Position numbers and translations under genes: made by a program. A DNA stretch of 64,000 bases from Octopus vulgaris (lineage: Eukaryota): contig OX597814.1 of the NCBI GenBank assembly GCA_951406725.2, positions 143,964,001-144,028,000 on the forward strand, written 5' to 3'. Shown here one piece after another: positions 1 to 12,161 of this stretch. The first letter of the stretch is position 1, and the number at the start of each line of letters is the position of its first letter. The notes under the pieces are model-generated. The model worked only from the letters and a program-made list of their open reading frames with translations. It had not been told where the DNA came from and did no database searches.

Positions 1-990
1 CTCTTTGGTAACGTAGGTGCTTTTTGCTGGACATCCTGGAGGACGAGAAACAAAACCTGTCCAAGGACGAATAAACTCCACAAAGTTGTCGACCATCCGA
101 CTGCGGGCAGTGAAGGACTTCTGACCACTGGGAGTGAGGGACTTTTGTCAATAGGGAACTACTAAACCCCATTTGAATCTGCTGTTAAGCAGGGCGGAGT
201 TCCTACATTGTTCGCCATCTTCTTTGCTAGCGTTATCATGCAAACCTTTACGCATAGCAATGCTGGTATCTACACCCTTTACAGTACAACAGGAAAACTT
301 TTCAACATCCCTCGTTTACTGGAGTATCAATAACTTTTATAACTGTCATTCGTGATCTCCTTTAAGCTGATGATTGCGATCTTGTAACCTACCTTGCGAA
401 AGATCTGTAGCTTTTGATGGACTGCTTTTCAGCCGAGTGTGATGAATTTGGATATGCAATCGGTCTTAAGAACACTGTAGTCATGTTACAACAAGCATCA
501 GACAAACCATGTATCCCCACTCTACATTATCTAGAGTAAAATGTTAAAAGTTATAGATACCTTTGTCTATCTTGGTAGTACTCAATCTGGGTTTAATACA
601 CTTAACGAGGAGGTCAGTTATAGACTTTCACAGGTCAGTGGTACATTTGTACATTTATAAAGCATGAATCGAGAATCTAACCGCAATCAGATATCAAGGT
701 GGTAACAAAATTTGAGGTTTGCCAAGCATGTGTCTTAACAATGTTGTTGTATGGATGCGAGACTTGGACAACCTACCGTAGGCATATCCAACGTTTCAAG
801 CGATTCCACTAGCGATGCTTGCGTAATATCCCGAAGATATGATGGTGATCTCATGTACCTTACATAAGGGTTTTGCAGCAGGCAAAAATGACAAGTATTG
901 AATACACGTTTAGTAAATACCAACTTAGAAAGTCTGGCCATAAAGATTGTCTGTTTAGAGGATATCTGCATACCAAAACAGGTGAACATT
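1..990 (+). mobile_element. Decayed RTE (BovB-like) LINE: 5' UTR remnant joined to RT C-terminal half
   Basis: Broken frames give GKLFNIPRL, RDLL*ADDCDL (~352-383), VIDTFVYLGST and TMLLYGCETWT (~738-770), which are RTE-clade RT/thumb motifs. Bases 1-150 resemble the minus-strand element at 38601-39156. Confidence 0.85.
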
Positions 991-1310
991 CACTTATTTC
1001 AAATACAGTTGTAGACCTACAATTGCTCCTAGATAGGGAATATATAATTTTCTACATTATTTACATCTGGCGGATATTTGTCCTCATCTTGTTTGTTGTT
1101 AACGCAATGTTTCGGTTGATATATCCTCCAGCCTTCATATGATGTCTTGGAGAAATTTTGAACCTGGGTTCTTATTCCTAACGTATTTTTCGATGTTGTT
1201 GTTGTTATTATTATTATTATCATTATTATTATTACTATCATTATTATTATTATTATTATGGTCACTGCCTGGAATTGAACTCGGAATCTTGGGGTTAGTA
1301 GCCCGCGCTC

Positions 1311-1425
1311 TTAGAAGAAAGTTACTCATATAGTGAACGTAGCATGCTGGCACAGAAAGAATACAAGAAAAGAGATGACAACCTAGGGAGAGTGATCCAC
1401 TGAGAGTTATGTAGAGAGCTAGAAG
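1311..1425 (+). mobile_element. Dong/R4-type LINE fragment (region just after the CCHC motif)
   Basis: Translates as SERSMLAQKEYKKRDDNLGRVIH*ELCREL, matching the LAQxEYKxRHD..IHW.LC motif also seen at ~9240-9330 (minus). Confidence 0.7.
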
Positions 1426-1432
1426 ATGAACC

Positions 1433-1492
<60 letters not shown>

Positions 1493-1530
1493 TTGATAGA
1501 CAGGCAGATATATATGTATATATATATGTA

Positions 1531-1561
<31 letters not shown>

Positions 1562-1574
1562 TCTTTTTTTTTTG

Positions 1575-1860
1575 ACCGACCAGGCTATCAGATGTTGCTA
1601 CACATCGCTGGTCACAATGCGCTTCGCATTGTTTTAGCCTTCAAATGACGCCACCCCGCTGGCTAAGCGACCAGGCCAACAGAAGAAAGAGTGGGAGAAA
1701 GTTGTAGCGTAAGAGTACAGAAGGGATACCCCCCCTGTCGGATCCTCATGGAGCTTTAGGTGTTTTCGCTCAATAAACACTCACAACGCCCGGTCTGGGA
1801 ATCGAAATCGCGATCCTACGACCGCGAGTCCGCTGCCCTAACCACTGAGCCGTTGCGCCT
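1575..1860 (-). mobile_element. tRNA-derived SINE; a tail-only copy lies at 53750-53865
   Basis: Minus-strand head has A box GGCTCAGTGG and B-box-like TTCGATTCC. The body GACCGACCAG...CACATCGCTGGTCACAATGCG...GGCTAAGCGA recurs at 53760-53863. Confidence 0.75.
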
Positions 1861-1997
1861 CTACACACACGCACACACACACACACACACACATATATAT
1901 AATATATATATATATATATATAAATAATTTAATAAATAAAATATATGCATACGTACATACATATATGTACGTACATACATCTACATGTATATATACA

Positions 1998-2067
<70 letters not shown>

Positions 2068-2071
<4 letters not shown>

Positions 2072-2345
2072 TACAGGACACCACAAATGAACGTAGAACA
2101 CAACGAGAAACGAAAACATAAAAACAACTAGGAAACGGACTTTTTTTAACAACGAAAAAACAAAATACAAGACAAACAATACAAGGAATATCCCCCCTTC
2201 ATCAGCTGTCCCAGGATCGACTCAATGCGTGTTTCGAAGGTAAGGACAGAACACGACCCGTCGATCCAGTCCTTCCTACAAAAGAATTAAATAAAATTCC
2301 TTTGCAGAGGGGTAAAAACAAGGAAAGAAAAAAATGTGACAAGAA
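2068..2345 (-). mobile_element. Probable Penelope-like pLTR fragment
   Basis: Unique segment between microsatellites. Minus strand has CGAAAC...CTGATGAAG hammerhead half-motifs and a T-rich tail like the other pLTR relics. Confidence 0.4.
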
Positions 2346-2435
2346 CATGACGTAAAAGCAATACTAATAAAATACAATTACAAATAAAAATACAAATACA
2401 AAATAAAAATACAAATACAAAAATACAGTACACAT

Positions 2436-2486
<51 letters not shown>

Positions 2487-2842
2487 CACTGTTTATTCGA
2501 AATATAATGAAATGAAGTTAAAATTCTTTCTGAAAGCCGCTACGATGCAAGCTGGAAACAAAGGAATGAAAATAAAGCAAAATAAAAGCATATCCCCATA
2601 TTTAAAACAAATAAAAAACAACAATAAAACACTGTAACTGTTCGTGACCTTTATGACTTTTGGATTTGATGCCGCTAACAAGCGGAACGGAGAGCAAGAG
2701 TGAGTGAGTGAGAGAGAGAGATAAAGAAAGAGAGAGAGAGAAAAAATGTGAATGGTATTGCGTGTGCGTGGGATTCTAGTCTGGTTAAGGAAGATGTAGT
2801 TTTGATGTATTTCAAACAATACAGAAGCTACATATGTATGTG

Positions 2843-2899
<57 letters not shown>

Positions 2900-3017
2900 T
2901 CACACATACACACACAACACACACACGCACACACATATGAATAAATGTGCTCCAGCATGGTCGCAGTCAAGTGACTGAAGCAAGTAAAATAAAATACAAT
3001 AATGGTATATATGTATG

Positions 3018-3055
<38 letters not shown>

Positions 3056-3566
3056 CACTATGATCGTTATTTTTATTATGATTTTATCTTTATTTATGTA
3101 TACATATTTATTCACTCCAATAATCATTATATTCACTGCGGTACTATTTTGATCAAACAACGTACAAGAGATGATTACTTATTAACTATGTGACTTCTGT
3201 TGGCTTACAGCCGTTTCGCAACCTTTTTCATGTAATATTAATTTCAGTGTGGAAAAAATTACGTGTATATGTTAGCATTAATATGTAGGCTCAGAATTAT
3301 ACAATTGTATTTTCACAAATTAATGCAAAGAAAGCTAGCTAGATATGAACTCTTTGCGTTGTCAAAAATTTGGAATAAATAGCAGAGCTCTTCTTGTCTG
3401 ACGTTTTTAGAGTCCACCATTACACAGACTTGGATTGATGCTTTTTATCGACCCAGAAATGATGAACGGTAAAATTGGTCTCAAAGGGATTTGAACACGG
3501 ATTACGAAAAGTCGAAACAGATGTCACGCAGCATCACTATTGAATCTGCTAATATGCCACATATGT

Positions 3567-3950
3567 AAGGCGGCGAGATGGCAGAAACGTTAGCACGCCG
3601 GGCGAAATGCTTAGCGGTATTTCGTCTGCTGTTACGTTGTGAGTTCAAATTCCGCCGAGGTCAACTTTACCTTTCATCCTTTCGGGGTCGATAAATTAAG
3701 TACCATTTACGCACTGGGGTCGATATAATCGACTTAATCCGTTTGTCAGTCCTTGTTTGTCCTCTCTGTTTTTGCCTCTTGTGGGTAGTAAAGAAATAGG
3801 TATTTCGTCTGTCTTTACGTTGCCGAGGTCGACTTTGCCTTTCATCCTTTCGGGGTCGATAAATTAAGTACCAGTTGCGTACTCGAGTCAATCTAATCGA
3901 CTGGTCCCTCCCCGCAAAATTTCGGACCTTGTGCCTAGAGTAGAAAAGAA
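3567..3950 (+). mobile_element. Dimeric tRNA-derived SINE (family A) with target-site duplication (TSD)
   Basis: Head AAGGCGGCGAGATGGCAGAAACGTTAGC...GAGTTCAAATTCC; two copies of GCCGAGGTC(G/A)ACTTT(G/A)CCTTTCATCCTTTCGGGGTCGATAAATTAAGTACCA; TSD AATATGCCACATATGT (3551-3566) / AATATACCACCTATGT (3949-3964). Other family A copies are near 6005, 10566, 16270(-), 19850, 34148, 49312, 50075(-) and 60953. Confidence 0.85.
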
Positions 3951-4367
3951 TATACCACCTATGTATATGCGCGTTATTGTGTGTGAGTGTATGTATGTGT
4001 ATATGTGTGCGTGTGCGTGTGTATGTGTACAGAGAGAGAGTGAGAGGGAGAGATAGAATTGGAAAGAAATGCATATATATATGTGTGTGTGTGTGTATTA
4101 ATATGTATGTTTTTATCTTTTTACCTATTACTTGTTCAATCATTGGACTGTGGCCATGCTGGTGCACCACCTTGACGGGTTTAGTAGAACAAATCGGCCC
4201 CGGTGCTTATTTTTAAACCTGGTACTTAACCTATCGGCCTTTTTCGCCGAACCTCTTGGTTACGGGAATGTAAACAAAGTGACACCGTTTATCAAGTGAT
4301 GGCGGGAGAACAAACACAAAGACACACACATTAATGCATACATATCTTCATACACACACACACGCAT

Positions 4368-4429
<62 letters not shown>

Positions 4430-4440
4430 GGATGGATATA

Positions 4441-4806
4441 GGAGCAGGAGTGGTTGTGTGGTAAGTAGCTTGCTTACCAACCGCATGGTTCCGGGTTCTG
4501 TGTCCCACAGCGTTGCACCTTGGGCAAGTGTCTTCTATTATAGCCTCGGACCGACTAAAGCATTGTAAGTGGATTTGGTAGCTGGAAACTCAAAGAAGCC
4601 CGCCGTGTGTGTGTGTGTTTGTGCGTCTGTCCCTCCACCATCGCTTGACAACCAATGCTGGTGTGTTTACGTACTCGTAACCTAGCGCTTCAGCAAAAAA
4701 AAAACCGAGGGAATAAGTACTAGGCTTACAAAGACTGGGGTCGATTTGTTCGACTAAAGGCGGTGTTCCAGCATTGCCGCATTCAAATGACTGAAACAAA
4801 TAAAAG
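4441..4806 (+). mobile_element. tRNA-derived CORE-like SINE (family B, the most abundant in the window)
   Basis: Head GGAGCAGGAGTGGTTGTGTGGTAAG...GGTTC, core CACCTTGGGCAAGTGTCTTC, internal (TG/TA)n linker, tail ...CAAATGACTGAAACAAATAAAAGA. More than 15 copies occur on both strands, e.g. near 10895, 12185, 12845, 14610, 16612, 29910, 30422, 34935, 35805, 36842, 39915, 40985, 52600, 55345 and 59795. Confidence 0.9.
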
Positions 4807-4912
4807 ATTAAAATAATATACACACACGCACTCACACATAACGCACGCACACATACGCGCACGCACACATACGCGCTCGCACACATGCATATACACACCC
4901 GTATGTGTGTGT

Positions 4913-4982
<70 letters not shown>

Positions 4983-4996
4983 ATGTATGTATGTCA

Positions 4997-5105
4997 TTAT
5001 TCCGTTTATTTCAAGAATTCTTGCCAATAGAGAAAGAACCGGTTTCTAACCTAGATCCAAGTTTGCTTCATTGAAATTTCAACATCAATAACAGGGTATT
5101 CTGTT
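4997..5105 (-). mobile_element. Penelope-like pLTR fragment with degenerate hammerhead
   Basis: Minus strand reads GAAATTT CAATGAAG ..AACTTG GATC TAGGTT A GAAA CCGG TT CTTTC ... AATAAA: stem II, GAAA, palindromic helix III and a poly(A) signal. The CUGA core is mutated. Confidence 0.45.
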
Positions 5106-5206
5106 TGTTTGTTTGTATGTATGTATGTATGTATGTATGTATGTGCCGATTTGTATGTTTTATGTATATATTCTCGTGCACATAGTAGCATATCTAGATA
5201 TCTATG

Positions 5207-5240
<34 letters not shown>

Positions 5241-5622
5241 TGTATGTATGCATGTATGTATGTATGCATGCCTGTATGTATGTATGCATGTATGTATGTA
5301 TGTATGCATGCATGCATGTATGTATGTATGTATGTATGTATGTATGTATGTATGTATGTATGTATGTATGTATGTACGTATGTATGCATGCATGCATGTA
5401 CGTATGTATGTGTTTGGCTAAAATCCATGAATTAGTCAGTTAATAGCTTCGGTATATTATTATTATTAATATAATTGAATATTATATTCTCATATAATGA
5501 GAGGTCTAAAATATCTTTATATCATTATAATTCCTCTCAGTAGATGATAGCGGTGATTATCTCAACTCCTGATATCAAATGAATTGGTAAAGTGGCTAAT
5601 AGGATATGCGGTTTCTGTATCT

Positions 5623-5696
5623 GGCTCCGTAGCTCAGTTGGTTAGAGCGCCAGTCTAGTAAACTGGAGGTCGAGTGTTCGAATCTCTCCGGAGCCT
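5623..5696 (+). tRNA. trnT-AGT: tRNA-Thr (anticodon AGT)
   Basis: Full cloverleaf GGCTCCG TA GCTC AGTTGGTTA GAGC G CCAGT CT-AGT-AA ACTGG AGGTC GAGTG TTCGAAT CTCTC CGGAGCC T, with intact A and B boxes and one T-T mismatch in the T-stem. Confidence 0.9.
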
Positions 5697-5704
5697 TAGC
5701 ATTA

Positions 5705-5710
5705 TTTTTT
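5705..5710 (+). terminator. Pol III terminator (T6) of tRNA-Thr
   Basis: TTTTTT starts 9 nt after the discriminator base. Confidence 0.7.
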
Positions 5711-6207
5711 CGTTCTCTTTTTTACTTTAGGGCGCAAGCAAGACTTCAACAACATAACGTAGAGGCTCTATCATCGGTTCGCATTGTTGAAAGTTCCCAA
5801 CATAATTTCTATGTTATCTTAACATAATATTTCGGCTTAGGTCTCCACTCTATAAATCTAACACTGCAATATTGATTATATTTGGGTCAACAGATGTTCA
5901 GGGTTTAAGTTGAATACTGGGGTCGATTTAATCGACAAATCCACTCCACTCAAAATATTTCAGACTTTGGCCCTATATTGGTAAGAATTATTATTGTTAT
6001 TATTAAGGTAGAATAATTAGCACGGCGGACAAAATGCTTAGCAGCATTTAGTCTGTCTTTATGCTCTGAGTTAAAATTCTGCCGAGGTTGACGTTGCCTT
6101 TCATCCTTTCGGGGTCTATAACTTAAGTACCAGTTGTGTACTGAGGTCGATCTAATCAACTTGCCCCCTCCCACCAAATTTCAGGCCTTGTGCCTATAGT
6201 CGAAGGG

Positions 6208-6277
<70 letters not shown>

Positions 6278-6278
6278 C

Positions 6279-6324
<46 letters not shown>

Positions 6325-6325
6325 G

Positions 6326-6810
6326 GGTGAGAGAGTGATACCATGAAAGAGACACAGGGATACAGATATACGAAAACCAGTATAGCCCTCATGATTACTC
6401 GTCTGATAAGGGTACACCAGGCACATGCACCACGACCATATATGCGCGACATGGTGATCTCATATCAAGATAAACAGCGCATTACCTTGCAGGTGGGGCT
6501 TTGTTTCAGTCATTGGACGCTGAGGTACCACGTTGAAGGGTTTAGTCGAGCATATCGACCGCAGTATCAGTCTCTTTTGCTGAACCGCTGATGAATGAAC
6601 CACCAATGTTTTCAGAGGTGAATTATTGAAACCCCAAAAGTTTCCTTTCAACACATTGCTGTGATGCTCCCCCACTTCAGCTCGTGATCAGAGGTGCACA
6701 TATCGTTAGCCACAAAGGGACGTGTTTAACTGTTTATCTTCAAACAAATGACAAACAAATCTGTGTTATTGAGCAAAATATTTGCTTTAGCCCATCTTTT
6801 ATACCAAGGC
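6326..6810 (-). mobile_element. Non-coding (TAA)n-associated retroelement, copy 1 (diverged; ~6500-6590 replaced by a SINE B tail fragment)
   Basis: Shares CCGTCTGATAAGGGTACACCAGGCACATGCA...GCCCATCTTTTATACCAAG-like sequence with copies 2 and 3; flanked by (ATT)n. Confidence 0.75.
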
Positions 6811-6880
<70 letters not shown>

Positions 6881-6890
6881 TATTATTATT

Positions 6891-7482
6891 GAGTGAGCGA
6901 GCAGAGCATGCCATCAAAGTGACACTGGGGTAAAATATACGAAGCCCAGTATACCCATCATGACTACCCGTCTGATAAGGGTACACCAGGCACATGCATC
7001 ACAACCATATATGCGCGACATGGTGATCTCATATCAACATAAACAGCACATGACCTTGCAGGTGGAGCCCAGTTAGAATTTTCTTCAGATCGAGTAACCC
7101 ATCCCGCTCAAAAGGTCCCTGAATAAGGGTTGTTTAAGGACGTTGAACGAAACACCCATGTTTCCGAGGTGAATTATTCAAACCCCAAAGAATCCTTCTC
7201 AACACATGGCTATGATGCTCCCCCACTACTTCTGCTCGTGATCAGAGATGCACATATCGTTAGCCACTAAGGGACATACTCAACTGGTTATGGTCAAACA
7301 ACTGACAAGCAAATCTGTGGTATTGAGCAGAATATTTGCTGTAGCCCATCTTTTATACCAAGACAAAACAATGTACATGATAACACTTCCAATCAGTTAA
7401 GATCAGAAGCCATGAGAGCCACTGCCTGGTACTGCATCAGGGCTAGGTCCTGCATCAGGGCTAGGTACTGCATCAGGGCTAT
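6891..7482 (-). mobile_element. Non-coding (TAA)n-associated retroelement, copy 2 (longest, ~590 bp)
   Basis: Closely matches 8244-8750; flanked by (ATT)n; the right end carries three copies of the 18-bp unit GTACTGCATCAGGGCTAG. Confidence 0.8.
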
Positions 7483-7502
7483 TAAGTGATGAATGATAAA
7501 TG

Positions 7503-7567
<65 letters not shown>

Positions 7568-7599
7568 CATTATTATCATCATTATTATTATTATCATTA

Positions 7600-8139
7600 T
7601 TCAGTAGTTTTATTTTTATAGCGTGCTTTCACTTCACTACCGAGCACAGCTCTGTGTGCCTTGGGTATGTGCTGTGATTTGTTGTGATGCTCTGATGGTT
7701 ATTGTATGGAAAGTGTTCTGCGTAGGATGTGTGCAGTGCCTAGTAGTGCAATTTTCTGTATGTTATATGTGTTTGTAAGTCCTGGTGTTTTTGTTATGTA
7801 TTTGTCTGAATATTTTTTTATCATGCCTAATGCACCTACTATGATAGGAATTGTTTCTGTTTTCAGATTCCACATTCTAGTTACCTCTATTTCCAGGTCT
7901 TTGTATTTTGAGAGTTTCTCCATTTCTTTTAGAGACACGTTGTCATCAGTCGGTATTGATACATCAATTAGAAAGCATTTTTTTTTCTTCATGATCTCTG
8001 ACAACTATATCTGGTCTGTTGGCCTTAATTTCTCTATCTGTGTGTATCGGCATATCCCAGACAGAGTATGGTTGCTTTCTCGTTTTCTGTGACCTTTTCT
8101 GGTGTGTGCCTATACCATCTTTTTTCTGTTGTTATTCCA
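7600..8139 (-). mobile_element. 5'-truncated Dong/R4 LINE: REL endonuclease C-terminus plus 3' UTR
   Basis: Translates as WYRHTPEKVTENEKATIL..DMPIHTDREIKANRPDIVV..KCFLIDVSIP..EKLSKYKDL..IVGALG..IQKIALLGTAHILRRTL*, a PD-(D/E)xK restriction-like endonuclease, and has an (AAT)n tail. The same 3' end recurs at 34352-34500. Confidence 0.9.
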
Positions 8140-8144
8140 TAATA

Positions 8145-8243
<99 letters not shown>

Positions 8244-8750
8244 GGTGAGAGAGCAGTGCATGCCATCAAAGTGACACTGGGGTACAAATATACGAAGCCC
8301 AGTATACCCATCATGACTACCCGTCTGATAAGGGTACACCAGGCACATGCATCACAACCATATGTGCACGACATGGTGATCTCATAACAAGATAAACAGC
8401 ACATGACCTTGCGGGTGGGGCCCAGTTAGAATTTTCTTCTGGTTGGATAACCCATCCCACTCAAAAGGTCCCTGATTAAGGGTTGTTTAAGGATGTTGAA
8501 AGAACCACCCATATTTCCAGAGGTGAATTATTCAAACCCCAAAGAATCCCTCTCAACACATGGCTATGATGCTCCCCCACTACTTCTGCTCATGATCAGA
8601 GATGCATATATCATCAGCCACTATAGGACATGCTCAACTGGTTACGGTCAAACAACTGACAAGCAAATCTGTGGTATTGAGCAGAATATTTGCTGTAGCC
8701 CATCTTTTATACCAAGACAAAACAATGTACATGATAACACTTCCAGTCAG
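8244..8750 (-). mobile_element. Non-coding (TAA)n-associated retroelement, copy 3
   Basis: Matches 6891-7398 along its length; flanked by (ATT)n. Confidence 0.8.
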
Positions 8751-8764
8751 TTATTATTATTTAT

Positions 8765-10550
8765 TGTGTCAGTTATCCACAGCCAGCAGACTAAGGTGAC
8801 ACTCGTTTATTGGTCATACTTCAAGAACCCTGTGAAGAATTCTTGCAGTTCCAAGCAATGCTGATTTTTGTAGGTGTTCTACCTTCACACTTGCACCAAT
8901 CTTTTTCAGCCATCTTGGTAGTTGAGGGCTGATACTTCCAAGTGCACCAATTACTGTTTGTATCACGTCTACTCCCTTCATTGACCACAACATTCGTACT
9001 TCCTCCTTTAAATCGCCGTAGTTGTTTATTTTTTCTTCTTCTTTCACATTGATACTGTCGTCACCGGGGCATGATATGTCGATAATCATACATGTTCTTT
9101 CTTTTTTATTCACCACAACAATGTCCGGTTTCTTATGTCTAGTGAGGTGATCGTACTGGATCATTACATCCCAGAGGATTTTGCAGTTCTCATTATCGGG
9201 GGTTTATTCATACCACGTCTTTGCTTTTTGTAGGCCGTGATTTTCACAGAAGTCTCAATGGTTCATTCTTGCCTCGTTGTCATAGCGTCCTTTGTATTCG
9301 CGTTGTGCCAATTTCGGGCATTCGCTAACGATGTGTTATACCATTTCACTCCTCTCACCACACATTCTGCATTTGTCTCTATCGGTAGTGTTGTCAATTC
9401 TGCATTTTATATAATTGGTCCTTAACGCTTGTGCCTGAGCTACGCATATAAGTGATTCTGTCTCTATCTTCAGGTCACTCCTCCTCATCCATAGCCACCG
9501 GTGCTCTGTATTTGTCTTGGCGTTCACATTTCTTGCAAACTGACCGTATATTTATCCTTTTTGGCATTTTTTTGTCGATTTCTTGTTTAAATTTGTCATT
9601 AGTTACACGATTTTCAGTTTTGATGACGCCGGCCTTCTTCATGTTTTTCAACAGTGGCTCCACGGTATTTTTTTATATATCACCCTAAGCCATTTTCCTC
9701 TGCTTCGATACAGTTCTGGCAACTGATCAAACCTCTCCCACCCTTTCTTGTGGACAAGTACAACCTATCGGTGTCACTCTTAAGGTGGAAGGCTCCGTGC
9801 ACTGTCAACATTTTTCTGATCTTGGTATCCATTTTCTTCATTTCTCTCTTTTGCCATTTTATAACTCCCGCTCCATAACGAAGTGATGCTATCGCCCACG
9901 TATTAACTGCTTGGATTTTATTCTATCCAGTCAATTTTGAGCGCACAGTACCAACTTCAGTCTTCGGAAGTACTCCATCCTCAGTTGCTCTTTCATTTCG
10001 TTTTCCATTATCTCGTTGCACTCTAGTACACCAACGTATTTGTATCTTTTCTGTTTCAATTTGCTAAGTCAAGTCTCTATTCGGTAATTCTGTCCTTGCT
10101 AGGGACTGTACTTTGCTTCTTTTTTTTTTTTTTTTGGTAGATTACTCCGCACTTATTGAGTCCAAGTTCCATTCTAATATCAGTACTAAAACAGTTGACC
10201 GTGTTCACCAAGGAACTTACTTGTGTCTCATCTTTGCCATATAGTTTCAAATCATCCATGAAGAGAAGATGGTTGATATTTGGGATTTTTCTTTTAGCTG
10301 GGGACCCCAGGATCATTTTCTTGAGTACCAGGGACAGGGGTATCATGCAGAGGACATGCTGTCACCATGGAAAATCTCTCTTCTGATACCCAGGGTGCCC
10401 AAGCTTTTTCCGTAAGATGTCAGTTCAGTTTTCCATCCCACCATACTTCTCTTCAGGAAACACGTTACATTCATCGCAATTCCAAACAGGCATAAGCACT
10501 CGATGATCCACGAATGTGGAATTATGTCATAGGCTTTCCGATAGTCAATC
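8765..10550 (-). mobile_element. Decayed Dong/R4 LINE (second subfamily): RT, CCHC and REL endonuclease
   Basis: Frameshifted motifs IDYRKAYDIIPHSWI, INHLLFMDDLKLYG, RLYLSTRKGGRGL, KCRMCGERSEMV*HIVSECPKLAQREYK and KKPDIVVVNK..IIDISCP..IGALG..LLGTARIL. Confidence 0.92.
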
Positions 10551-10774
10551 GTGTTATAAATATTTAAGGCGGCGAGCTGGCAGAAGCGTTAGCGCGCAGG
10601 ACGAAATGCTTAGCAGTCCATCTTTACGTTCTGAGTTCAAATTCCGCCGAGGTTGACTTTGACTTTAATCCTTTCGGGGTCGATAAAATAAGTACTAGAT
10701 GTAATCGACTTAACCCTATCCCAAAATTGCTGCTCATGTGACTAAATTTGAAACCATTATTATTATTATTATTA

Positions 10775-10806
<32 letters not shown>

Positions 10807-10813
10807 GTTATTA

Positions 10814-10865
<52 letters not shown>

Positions 10866-11022
10866 CATTATTATTACTTTTTACTTTTTTACTTTTTTAC
10901 TTGTTTCAGTCATTTTGACTGCGGCCATGCTGGAGCACCGCCTTTTAGTCGAGCAAATCGACCCCGGGACTTATTCTTTGTAAGCCCAGTACTTATTCTA
11001 TCGGTCTCTTTTGCCGAACCGC

Positions 11023-11081
<59 letters not shown>

Positions 11082-11314
11082 CTTCGTAACTCAATGTAGG
11101 TAAAAATGCACAAAAATGTGGTCATCTGTCAAGTCACAACAAGGACCTCAGACAGATAATATTTTCCTTAAGATGTGTGCGTTGTGCCCGATAAGGCTGC
11201 TTTTTACAAAACAATCAATCTTTCCAGTTGCCTTAAGAAGTTTTAAAGTTTCAATGGGATTGAGCCCAACGCTTCGATCACCACTGGTATTATTATTATT
11301 ATTATTATTATTAT

Positions 11315-11378
<64 letters not shown>

Positions 11379-11684
11379 TCATCTCAGTTATAATCTAAGG
11401 ATTGACGCAATTATTGTGTCTCCTTCCTTTTCTTAAGACGGTGGAGAATTATCATATGAGAGAAATTTTTGCAGATACTTCTAGCAGGCTGACCGTCCAA
11501 TTTCGAAGCTCCCCCACCCCCGCTCCACATACAAGGAAAAAACTAACTTAAAAGAAACACGTTTTCTAAAGAAATGGACGATATATATAAGTAAGTATAA
11601 GTAATAAAAAAAAATAATAATAATAAAATAATAATAAAATGTTTTTTTCGAGTGAATAAATCAAATGTTACACACGCCACGGTA

Positions 11685-11890
11685 GATCCTCTTATCCAAT
11701 GAAACAATAAACGAAACAACAAAAAGGTCAAGTGATTACTTTAGATAAAGTAATTGGTGTTTGCGTATTACTAACACAGGAGGCAATTGGTTAGGTCAAA
11801 GGGTAAGGAAATCCGAGAAATTGTCATCTTGTTCATTAAACAGAGTAAGTCGACAAGTGATTAGTTTGCTGTCGCCAAATATGGCCCAAA
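11685..11890. promoter_or_regulatory. Candidate enhancer (motif cluster in non-repetitive DNA)
   Basis: Perfect CArG CCAAATATGG at 11875-11884, DR1-like AGGTCAAAGGGTA at 11793-11805, AAAGGTCA overlapping TCAAGTG at 11723-11734, plus GATA and AACAAT motifs. Confidence 0.3.
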
Positions 11891-12123
11891 GAAAACAAAC
11901 CACGAACTCGGACCACCTGCTTCGTCTAATCCGTTCAGAAGGCATACTTACTGAAGCGCAATTCTTTCTTAGTCCATTGTGCATTTTATATTTTTATATT
12001 ACATTATATTATACGTATACAACACACATCATATACTACAGATGTTTATATACAATATATGACGAACATGCGTGATGTGTTTGCGTGCGTGCGTGCGTGC
12101 AAGTGTGTGTGTATGTGTGTGTG

Positions 12124-12161
<38 letters not shown>

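Noticed and set aside
5051-5443. Met/Tyr/Cys/His-rich ORFs ([16 protein letters not shown]) that superficially resemble reflectin or metallothionein
   Set aside because: They are translations of (TATG)n microsatellites and have no reflectin motif. The same applies to the many YIYI, THTH, poly-N and poly-I ORFs across the window.
6270-8760. CRISPR-like repeat/spacer appearance
   Set aside because: The repeats are variable (ATT)n tracts and the spacers are retroelement copies; the context is eukaryotic and there are no cas genes.
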